NCBI GenBank assembly: GCA_043228905.1
Contig: JBHGNT010000017.1
Coordinates: forward strand, 11,842,001-11,906,000
Direction of reading: 5' to 3'
Origin: Azolla caroliniana
Taxonomy: Eukaryota > Plantae > Polypodiophyta
DNA: 64,000 nucleotides
Each line of letters opens with the position of its first letter. The stretch's first letter is position 1. Positions 23,715-35,030 of the stretch are shown here, in pieces. The position numbers and the translations under genes were made by a program. The notes beneath the pieces are model-generated. The model was not told the origin of the DNA. It was given only the letters and a program-made list of their open reading frames with translations, and did not search any database.

Positions 23715-25578
23715 GACAAGAATGAATTTTTTGTTATCCTTATTTTGCCAATATTTTTTTATATTTACGCTTATGTCCCATTGCCAACTCAATGAGTAGG
23801 TGGCGGATTGTCGGTGTCGACGTCGTGTCTAAATGGGTTTGTCGGGGTCGGTCCCTGATAAGGCTTGAGTCGGAAGCCATTGACCCATTTCGGCATGATA
23901 TCTCTAGTTGTAAAAGATAATATGCGGAAGCTAAGACAAACCGGTTAGTCTGGATAACAACAGAACACAGAACGAAGGTTTAATGGAAAGCTTGAATACA
24001 CTGGAGAGACAAAGAGAGTAGAATAGAAAACTCAATTCAAAATAATAACAGCCTCTATACATACAAATGTCCTACAAAACACTTTTTATACATGTACTTA
24101 AAAGGACTGATAGAAGTATTGACATGTACTTCAATGCTCATACGAGCGACTGACACTAACTCCAAGGAATATATCTATGTACTAGGCTTGGACTGTAGGC
24201 TCCAACGACCTACCGGTTCTCACTACTCTGGAGTACGATCCGATTCTCCAGTCCGGCTCTAGGTTCTCGATACCAATATATCCGGACACAGATCTGGGTA
24301 CATATCCGGTTCGGCATTCCAGATACCGATGTGGATACGGTTGCGCCTGCCCACTCAACACTCCCCCTCAAGCTGAACTGGAGGTCGGATCATTATGTGT
24401 GTCCACCGGTCCTTTCCTCTGGCTCCTCCTGGCACCTTTCCGCTCTGCTCGTGCTCCTTGACCCGTCTGGTTCCGCTTCCCATGACCCATCCGGCCCTAT
24501 GCACCTCGATCTTCTCAGTCAACTTGTTTGCTGATAAGGTCCTCCTCAGCTCCTTCGCTGTTGTGACTTCGGCGCTTCTCGACCTGTCGGTCCCTCCGTG
24601 TTTGTGTTGACTTCTGTTGCGCCCTCGTCTGTTTGTCCTTCTATTGATTCGGCTCCTCCGAATCAAACTGCTCTTCTAAATCGGCTACCTCTGATTCATT
24701 CTAGCTCTGGTCCGAATTGGCTGTCTCAAATTTGTCTTCAACCTTCAGGCCCTTCACCACAACGGATCACGTTCCGGTCTTGGCATTGTCGTTCCGGTCA
24801 GCTCTGTCCTTCATGACTATGCCGTCGTCGCCACTTGTTCTGACTTGTTCGGATGTCCCGACTTCTTCAGTCAACTCGGCATCCTTCTTCTTGTCTCCCC
24901 CTTTCTCTCCGGATCTTTGTCTGATGCCATTACCTTTCTTCCCAGTTCCCATTCCGGTTTCCTCCTTTCTCCCCCTCAAGTGCGGCATGTCAGGTTGTTG
25001 AAGACCAAGCATCTCCAAAAAATGCTGCAACTTGTCAAGGTCGAGAGGTTTGGTGAACATAAACAAGTTTGACTTCATAAGAGAGGACACACTCACGGAC
25101 GAAATGGTAGTGCACCTCAATGTTCTTTGTCCGGGCATGAAAAACGAGGTTCTTCGCCAGTTGGATGTCTGTTGAGCTTGTCTAGTAGATTGTTGTCGGA
25201 TCAGACACCTTCAACTGCAGATCCTTTAGGAGCCTCTTGAGCTATATGGCTTTGCATGTGGTGACAGCCGCTCCTCGGTAATCGGCCTCGGTGCTCAACA
25301 ATGCTACTGTCGGTTGCTTTTTACTGCTTCAGGTGACCACGACGCTTCCAAGTGAAAACGCACATCCCGATGTAGACCTACGGTGGCCGACATTTCCAAC
25401 CCAATTGGCATCCGTGTAGCCGACAATTTGTCTAGCTTCACCGGTCCGATACAACAACCCCCTGACCTTAGTGTCGTTGGCGTACCTGAGTATTCGGTGC
25501 ACGCAATCAAGGTGCTCCACGGTTGGATGAACCATAAATTGACTAATTAGTTCGACTAGATAGCTTAGATCCGACCGG

Positions 25579-25613
25579 AACACGTTTGCATTCAGAAGTG
25601 GAAGGATCGCGCA
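25579..25613 (+). repeat. Left TIR of G
   Basis: AACACGTTTGCATTCAGAAGTGGAAGGATCGCGCA. Confidence 0.92.
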
Positions 25614-25961
25614 AAAATGGAAGGCTAAGGAATATTCCCTCAAATTTTGGGGTTTAGATACTCTATTCACAAAATGTAATGCTACCAGTATCACATGTTC
25701 TCAAAATGTCGTTGGAAAACCTCAAAAAATCATCATTTCCTAAACTTGGAAAAACGCTAAAATTATGCTATAATCGAAATGGTACAATATTCACTATCAT
25801 TGAGAAGTCAAGAAGTAATGTATTTTGTAACAAACAATGTCTGTACAAAGCAATAATATTTCTAAACATAATTTATGCATCTTTCGAGTATTACAAACAA
25901 CACTCTCTTACATTAGATACCAGAATTTCATTGAGTGTAAAATTTACAAAAATCACTCGTA

Positions 25962-28563
25962 TCATGATCCAGAGTCACTACTATAACTAATATACAATGC
26001 AAATTGTTCCTCGTCATCTTCAGATGTACCTATTAAGGTATTGTCTTCATCTAAAACTAGATGTTGACATTCCATGTTATGTATAGACGATCTTGTTTGC
26101 CTTCGACATGATACCCCTTGTAGAATAGGTAATTTCTCCTTGTAGAAATATTCGTAGCACTTCACCAATGTCTAGGCATGAAGTGCTACGAATATTTCTT
26201 TTCCTCTTTTTATTCCATCATCTGTAAAGCATGCTTGCCGGTAAAGGCATTTTTTTTTTAGTGTTGTACCAATGCACCTTTATAGACTGGATTTGGCTTT
26301 GGTTCTCATGCATCACCACATCTAAAACCTTACCAATCCAAAATTGATGTCCCAGCTCATTATCACCAGCAGGTGTAGCAATTAACATACACACCTTCGA
26401 TTCTTGCAAGTTCCCTTGCCACCTTGCTTCCGTTGTTTTTGTTAGCCTGGGCCCAACATATATGTCCCTTTGTGGTGGATGGAGCAAGCTATCATTAATC
26501 ACATTAGGTGCAAGAGGAGAAGTCTGAGAATTACGACACTGTTGTATATTCCAGGTGAAGGGTATTTGCACGGTCCAAGTACCAAGGACACAATTGTCAA
26601 CAATTTGTTCTTCATCTTTAAAGAACACATCCCACCATGATGTGTCTTGTTCCCCAACATACTTCTTCGCATTGTCAATGTGCTTGCGTTTGTCTTGCAG
26701 TGCTTGCATCCAAACATCCTTTGGATTATCAGCTAGTACATTGGTGATATCTTTCTTAGTCTCAATCGGCATTTTTCCTGCACCATAAACAAAAGTTGAA
26801 GGCATATGAAGTAGAAACTGACACCCGCCTTCAGGCTCCCATTGGGGGGAGGATGAAAACTGCTTTGCGTATAATAATGTACAACCACTATGATCATTTT
26901 TATTTATTAAGAATACGTGGTTGAAACTTATATTATTTAATGGCGCTAACACTTTGGCGTTTCGCTCACCACCATCGAATATGTATTTCTTGAAATCTTA
27001 TATTTCCTTCAAGTGTTCCACGATTGGGCGTGGCATATATGCATCACGAATGATGTCGAACAACTTAGGTAACGTAAAAGCATCATATCGTGATAATTGC
27101 CTAGAGAAGTTATTGAACATCTGATCGATATGGTCATGTGTGTGACCAACCAATAGAAAGTTAACTTTTACTTTTACTTTTACTTTCACCAGCATACATA
27201 GATAACCAAACACTTTAGAATTTTTGTTTTCCCGAGCAGTATTGTCTAGTTGAATATATAAAACCAGCGGCAAAGACTGCCCCCAAGACATCAATACTCT
27301 TTGAATCATAGTGACTGTTAAATGAGAGTCATTGTGGACATTTGGGTAGGTGACGAAGACATGAGGCTTCACACTTCCATTATAGGCTAAACAACCCACC
27401 AAGTGCATCTGCACGAGACAATCGTCGTTGACATCTTTAGGAAGACGTTTAAGATGAGGTAGACACACCTTCTTTCGGTCCATTCCATCTATCATTAAAC
27501 ACATGTACTTAGCTAGATTGTTTCTGGACTTTTCCCTATGGTGGATAGCTCTTTTTCGCTCTAATGCTTGGGCATCTCAGTGATCTTGTAACAATTTCTT
27601 ATTTAGCTCCTTCTCTATTGCTGTCTTTGCCCCTTTACACACGCTCTTTAGGTTTGCACATATTGAACAATATCCCAGAAGTACTTTACAAGGTATAATA
27701 ACATTACTAAAGTGCAATGTCCACAACCTTGTGAGCTGATTGTAGGTGACATACTTGTCGCAACAAGTTGACATTTCCGATCTATAGGAATCATAAACTT
27801 CTTAACGTGTATAATTGTCAGAGAGATGCAACCTACCGATAGTTGGCATTATCTCACAATTGAACTTGAAGTATGTCTTCATCCAGCAGATTGCATTTCT
27901 ACCTGATGCACCCTTCATACTTGGCAAATTATCATCTTCAATGGGATTGTTGCCATTTAAAACTCTTTGTTGCACTCTATGTAATCTCATGTTTCTAACA
28001 CAAAGTGTGATCTTGAATGCCACTCTACAACATTGTCGTGCCGTAAAAAGGCAATACTCGAAAGAGATTGAGATATGTGAGGCTTTGTCTAACACCATTT
28101 GTAAGTGTGTCATAAGATAAGTGTCTTGTTCATCACCATTGAGTGAAAAATAGTAAAATCTCAAAGACCACAAGTTTTGCTTTCCAATCATTGCCATACA
28201 CCCAACGTGCAACATTTCTTTTTAACATCTACGGTAAGTTGAGTCTCAGATGTCACTAAAGCAAATCGTTCTCGACTAATACATCTTGGCGCACATTTGT
28301 TCTCTATTGCTGGGTAGAAATACTTTCGGGACTTTGACAATCACCTACATTCTCTCACCCGAGTCCGTGTATGGGTCATACTCTGGAATTGAGAACTCAA
28401 GGCATCTTGTTGTATTGACTAGACTATCGGAGATTGTATCCTCCTCAACAGAGAAATTAGAATCTTGAGACCAATGGTATTCTGCTACCAAAAACCCCAG
28501 AGAAGGTGAGGAATCCGATGACAGTTGATATTCCTCAATAGAAAAGGGTGAATTAGTTCGCAT
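25962..28563 (-). pseudogene. Sola-like / DUF7869-type DDD transposase with in-frame stops
   Basis: Five ORF pieces (28345-28563, 27802-28215, 27577-27774, 26998-27504, 26218-26952) are all in one frame, about 780 codons. Motifs CCRVAF, CSIC, IDGMD, QLDNTARENKN, FLLVGHTHDHIDQMF. Superfamily assignment is from motif recall; the 3' end is uncertain. Confidence 0.8.
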
Positions 28564-29076
28564 TGTTTGAGGTTCTAATATCCTTTATATTTCACTCCCT
28601 AAGCATACAAATTGTAAGCCATACTTAAACTACAAATAGAATTCTAAGGAACTATATATGTATTTTGTATATTTTCTTATATAAGTTTTTCTATATTTCT
28701 ATTAGGTATAAATAAAAATTGATCACGTGTCCATGTGACATAATTGCACAATACCACTATCCTCACCTGATTAGTGAATGTTCTCAAAATCAAAATCATA
28801 ACTACTAGATCATAATGAACATATTACACATAAAGTATAAAGATAATCATTATGTTATGATAATAATATTAAATACAAATTCTAAGATAAATAACTAAAG
28901 GCACTATTGGCATTTAATTCTAACCGTGGTTAGTTTTTTAACTATGGTCCCTTCCCCTCCCATAAATAGAACCGACCTCTCTTTTTCATTCCCCACAGTT
29001 GAGTGTAACAACTCTCCAGAGCGCAAAAGCATAGACACGAGGACTCTCAAGATACGTCACCCATCCCCGAACCAAA

Positions 29077-32000
29077 TGATGGGAACTCAAGGCTCCTTAT
29101 GTCCAACACTCGGCCACAACCGAGATTCTTTACTTACACAGAAAACAGGAAACGGAAAAACACGCGACACAAAAGGAGAGAAGAGGTACACAGGAGGTTT
29201 ACGTGGAAAACCCCAAGCTAGGGGAAAAACCACGGCAGCCCACAGGCTGCAAACTGTCACTATGTGGGAATATACAACAGTGAGTTCACTGAGGCACCGA
29301 CCTCGTGCTCACAAATCTTCGCCACAGGCGGCAGTTACAACAGAGGCAACGACCTCTTTCTCTCTCTCTCTCTCTCTGTACACTATTACGTGCTCTCTCT
29401 TCTTCTTGCACCAACAAGGAAAAATGACAACAACAACTAAAAGTTTGCCCTAAGTCATATTTATACTAATATGACTTTTCGGCTATTTACAAATGTCGCC
29501 ACGATGGGCTCTCAGAAACATATTTACGAATATGTCTCTTCATCCGGTTCTCACCGAGTCTGTACCATCCGGCTCTCCGTAGCCGGGTATTCCTCATCTG
29601 GTCTTCACCGGGTCTATATCATCCGGCTCTCCGTAGCCGAGTACTCCTCATCCGGTTCATACCGGGCCTGCACCATCCGGCTCTCCATAGCCGAGTACTC
29701 CTCATCTTGTTCATACCGGGCCTGCACCATCCGGCTCTCCATAGCCGGGTCCTCCTCATACGACACTGTTCTTCTCCCTTCCCATCCGAAGGGACCTGTC
29801 TCCCAACAAACTCCCCCTTCACTCCGGCATGGGGTGTCTTACCAGTCCGATCCTCTTCCGGCATGCGTCCAGCTTGTCGGGTGTCAACACTTTGGTCAGC
29901 ATATCTGACCCGTTCTCGGTCGTGTGGATCTTCGTCAGTGCGAACTCCTGGTCATCTACTCTTTCCCGGATCCAGTGATACCTCCGCTGGATATGCTTCG
30001 TCCGGGAATGGTAGGCCGCATTCTTAGCAAGGTGGATGGCACTTTGACTGTCGCAGTAGAGTCGGTATTCCTCTTGTCGAATACCGAGCTCTCCGATGAA
30101 GTCCTTCATCCATAATATTTCCTTGCCAGCTTCCACAACCGCCATGTACTCCGCCTCTGTGGTTGACAAAGCAACCGTCTTCTGCAGCCTCGACTGCCAC
30201 GAAACAGCTCCCCCTGCATATGTCATCACATACCCGGATGTAGACCGGTTGGTATCCACATCAGCCGACATGTCCGAATCGGTGAAACCGTCCAATTGAG
30301 GTTTTCCGGAGCCGAATCGGAGACACATATTTGCAGTGCCCTTCAAATACCGGAGTATCCATTTGACTGCGTTCCAGTGCTCCTTGCCGGGATTACTCAT
30401 GAACCGGCTCACCACTCCGACTGCGTATCCAATATCCGGTCGGGTACAAACCATTGCGTACATCAAGCTCCCGACGGCAGAGGCATATGGAATCTTCATC
30501 ATATCTGCCTTCTCTCCTTTCGTCTTCGGGCTTTGCTTGCCGGATAGCTTGCAGTTTGCCGGAAGTGTCGATCCGACCGGTTTCGCATCTGACATGTTGA
30601 ACCGGTGAAGCACCTTTGTCACGTACTTCTCCGGTGAAGCACCTTTGTCACGTACTTCTCCTGTCCCAGCATCTGTCTTGCCGGACCCAAGTCTTTCATT
30701 GAGAAGGTCCGGTTGAGAGCCTTCTTCAGCATTCGTATTTTTACTTGGTCTCGTCCGACGATCAACATGTCATCCACGTACAGGAGGAGTATCAGGAAGT
30801 CCTCTCCTTCGAACTTCTTCACAAACAGGCAGTGATTGGCCTGCGTCTTGTGGTACCCTTGATCGGTCATGAAGGAGTCGAACTTCCGGTACCATTGCAG
30901 GGGAGCCTGCTTCTGTCCGTACAGGCTCTTCTTCAACCGGCATACCAGGTGCTCCTTCCCTTTCTCCACAAATCCTTCCGGTTGTTGCATGTAGATCTCC
31001 TCTTCGAGGTCGCCGTGAAGGAATGTCGTCTTCACGTCCAGCTGCTCTACCTCAATCAAGGTCCATGCTTGTTGTTATACTCAGCACCATCCGGATGGAG
31101 GTCATCTTTACTACCGGGGCAAATATCTCGTCGAAGTCCACACCCTTCTTCTACTGGAACCCCTTCACCACGATCCTGGCTTTGTATCTCGGGGGATTGC
31201 CGACATCTCCCGGTTTCAACTTGTACACCCACTTGTTTCGGAGTGCCCGCTTTCCTTTCGGCAAGGCCACCAATTCGTATGTATGGTTCTCATGCAGGGA
31301 ATCCATCTCGTCCTGCATGGCACTTAACCATTTTCGGCTGTGGGTGTCTTCCTTCGCTTCTTCAAAGCTTTCCGGCTCCCCCTCATCGGTCAGCAGAACA
31401 TGCTCTGCATCCGGAAATCTCCGGGGGGCCCTTCTCTCTCTGAGAGGATATCTCCGTCTCTGGGCTTCGGTGACCGGCTCTTCCATTTGCTCTTCATCCG
31501 AATCCAATTCGGGGTCTTGGCCGGTTCCGGTCTCAGCTTCCTCTACTTCTTCTTCTGCCGGTTCGGTATCCTCACCGTAACCGGCTGGTTCCTCGAGAGC
31601 TAACCGGTCTCTTGCCGGTTGGGTCTGCTCATCGTAGAGTCTATCCTTACCGGTCGACTCGGAGTTCATTATCTTCTTCTCCGACTCCCAGTTGGCGAGC
31701 GTCTTGTCCTCCATGAAGATAATATCTCGACTCCGGAATACCTTCTTGTCGACCGGGTCCCACACTTGGTAGCCGAACTCATCGTCACCGTAACCGAGCA
31801 TGGCCGGGTCTTTGGATCTAACTTTCCTCTCCGGTCCTTTGCTACATGCACGTACGCGAGACACCCGAACACCCTCAGATGCCGGTAGGACACTTCCTTA
31901 CCGGTCCATACTCTTTGTGGCGTGTCTCCGTCCAAGGGTACTGAGGGTGATCTGTTTATCACATATGTCGTCGTCGACAGTGCCTCAGCCCAAAACTTCT

Positions 32001-33648
32001 TGGGTAGTTTTGCATGCGCTAGCATACTCCGGACCCTCTCCATTATGGTCCGGTTCATCCTCTCGGCCAGCCCGTTTAGTTCCGGCGTCTTCGGCACGGT
32101 AAATTCGAGCCGGATTCCCTTCGAGCGATAGTACTCCTCGAACTGCCCCCGGTATTCTCCTTCGTTATCTGCTCGAACCGCCTTCAGCTTCCGGCCGGTT
32201 TCTCTTTCCACTCTCGTGTGGAGCTCTTTGAAGACGGATAACACCTGATCCTTCGTCTTCAACAGTGTGGCCCACAGCTTCCGGCTGTGGTCATCTATGA
32301 ACGTCACGAAGTACTGCGCTCATCTTGGCATGACGGTCTCTGGAAGGCATTCATATGCTCCGCCATGCTGGAGCCATCTTGGTACCGAAGTCTTACTAGC
32401 TTCCGGAATACCGACACCTGATTGACAGCATTTTTGTTTTGAAACATTATGCCGATCTTCTCCCAGAGCTCATGAGCCTTGCTCTCTTCATTGAAGTTGT
32501 TGTACAGGCTCATGTCGATGAAGCACCGTATGTACGCCGTTGTCTTCATGTGCATCACCTCCCATATCGCGGCGTCAATTTTGTCCGGTCTCTTGTCCCC
32601 GAACTGAACCGGCAGCCAGAGGTCTTTAACCACGAGCATGTCCCTCATCTTCGACTTCCACACTGAATAGTTGGGGCCGGTGAGCTTGAACATGCCGCCA
32701 AACGATTCGTCCATTTTCTGTGTCAATTTCGCTCTGATACCACTTGACGGGAACTCAAGGCTCCTTATGTCCAACGCTCGGCCACAACCGAGATTCTTTA
32801 CTTACACAGAAAACAGGAAACGGAAAAACACGCGACACAAAAGGAGAGAAGAGGTACAGAGGAGGTTTACGTGGAAAACCCCAAGCTAGGGGAAAAACCA
32901 CGGCAGCCCACAAGCTGCAAACTGTCACTATGTGGGAATATACAACAGTGAGTTCACTGAGGCACCGACCTCGTGCTCACAAATCTTCGCCACAGGCGGC
33001 AGTTACAACAGAGGGAACGACCTCTTTCTCTCTCTCTCTCTCTGTACACTATTACGTGCTCTCTCTTCTTCTTGCACCAACAAGGAAAAATGACAACAAC
33101 AACTAAAAGTTTTCCCTAAGTCATATTTATACTAATATGACTTTTCGGCTATTTACAAATGTCGCCACGATGGGCTCTCAGAAACATATTTACGAATATG
33201 TCTCTTCATCCGGTTCTCACCGAGTCTGTACCATCCGGCTCTCCGTAGCCGGGTATTCCTCATCCGGTCTTCACCGGGTCTATATCATCCGGCTCTCCGT
33301 AGCCGAGTACTCCTCATCCGGTTCATACCGAGCCTGCACCATCCGGCTCTCCGTAGCCGAGTACTCCTCATCCGGTTCATACCGGGCCTGCACCATCCGG
33401 CTCTCCATAGCCGAGTACTCCTCATCTTGTTCATACCGGGCCTGCACCATCCGGCTCTCCATAGCCGGGTCCTCCTCATACTGTTTCGGCCTCGGCCGAG
33501 ATTGTTCGTCAGCACTGTTCTCCTCCCTTCCCATCCGGAGGGACCTGTCTCCCAACAGTAGCCGGATCAGTTTCTCTCATCTTGATGCTGAATAGTTCAC
33601 TGGCACTGTTCTTCTCCCTTCCCATCCGGAGGGACCTGTCTCCCAACA
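29077..33648 (-). mobile_element. Copia F (same family as E), internally deleted, nested between the two genes of G
   Basis: LTRs 29077-29808 and 32745-33557, plus an extra LTR terminus at 33604-33648. PBS 32731-32742, PPT about 29811-29820, TSD CCAAA/CCAAG. Gag, INT, RT and RH ORFs at 29819-32696. Confidence 0.93.
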
Positions 33649-33796
33649 CCAAGCGATCATCATGTCGAGGAAAAAGACTGCATGTTCTAACACCAGGTAG
33701 GATCTAAACCCTAAACTGTACGGACATCTGACTATCTACATACTTTATATTTCTTTTAGAATAACTTGCGTGCCCACTTCTAACTCCTGGATCCAT

Positions 33797-34540
33797 AACT
33801 CGGTACATCGTATCGAGTTATGGCTCGAAATCGGTACACTGTATTAACATGAGGGTCACAACTCGATACGATGTATCAAGTTATAGATCCAAGACCAAGA
33901 ATTCGATACAATGTATCGAGTTCTGACACTCAACTTGATACGATGTAATGAGTTCAGTGTCAAAACTCGTTACCATGTATCAATTTACGTATTAGAACTC
34001 GTCACGTCGTATCTAGTGGCTCCTAAGGCTAGAACTAGATACGCATAACTCGATACGGTGTAATGAGTTATGTCCCACAACTCGATACACCCTATCGAGT
34101 TGTTGCCCTAGGTGTCACATCTCGATACGTTGTATCGAGTTGGGGGACATAACTCGATACATGGTAACGAGTTGTGGCTCCTAGGGCTACAACTCGATAC
34201 GGCGTATGGAGTTGGGGAACATAACTCGATACACGGTATCGAGTTGTGGCTCCTAGGGCTACAACTCGATACGGCGTTTGGAGTTGGGGAACATAACTCG
34301 ATACATCATATCGAGTTGTGGCTCCTAGGGCTATAACTCGATACGTCGTATCGAGTTGGGCGTCTTAACTCGATACGGCGTATCGAGTTGGGGGTCTTAA
34401 CCTTATACGGCATATCGAGTTGTGGCTCCCAGGTCTAAAACTCGATACGCCGTATCGAGTTGGGGTGGGGGTCTTAACTCGATACGGCGTAACGAGTTGT
34501 GGCTCCCAGGGCTAAAACTCAATACATAGTATCGAGTTAG
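33797..34540. repeat. Array of about 21 palindromes AACTCGATACG-N-CGTATCGAGTT, spaced 32 or 40 bp (72-bp higher-order unit)
   Basis: Copies start near 33798, 33860, 33900, 33932, 33965, 33996, 34047, 34079, 34119, 34151, 34191, 34223, 34263, 34295, 34335, 34367, 34399, 34439, 34476 and 34516. The long spacer GTGGCTCCTAGGGCTAC is itself near-palindromic. Confidence 0.92.
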
Positions 34541-35030
34541 GGGTCATAACACACATTAGACCCAAAAAAAGTAGTAAAAATAGGTTCAAAAATTCTAAAT
34601 TAGGTCAAAATATGGTAAATTTGGGTCAATAAAGTTGATATTTAGGTACTACTAGGGATACCAAAATCGTACTAATTTTAGTGTCCGGTGGCCTATGTGA
34701 CGTTAAATATACATTTTTCCTCTGTCTAGTCCCTAGGTTTCAAATCCTCTTTCCCGCATTCTTCATGTCATTTAACCCCGTTACTAGTTTGGTACTAACT
34801 GTCACAATGGAATGAGGCCAAAACTATATTGGATTGCTAGTTTGGTGTTCCATACTACCAATCTGCATACTGTATATAATTTGACACCCCATACAAATCT
34901 TTCTCCACTACACTACTGGTCAGGCAAGAGCTTCATAAGGCCAAACTATTTTTTGTAATCGCATTTTCTAGACGACAATAGATTTTCATTTGCGAGAATA
35001 TAGGTTTAGGTTCATTTTTTGTATTATTTC

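Noticed and set aside
34112-34336. 74-aa repetitive ORF
   Set aside because: It is a by-product of the 72-bp repeat unit, with no ATG start or other coding evidence.
33797-34540. CRISPR array
   Set aside because: The spacers are short (9-17 bp) and repeated rather than unique, there are no cas genes, and the context is eukaryotic.
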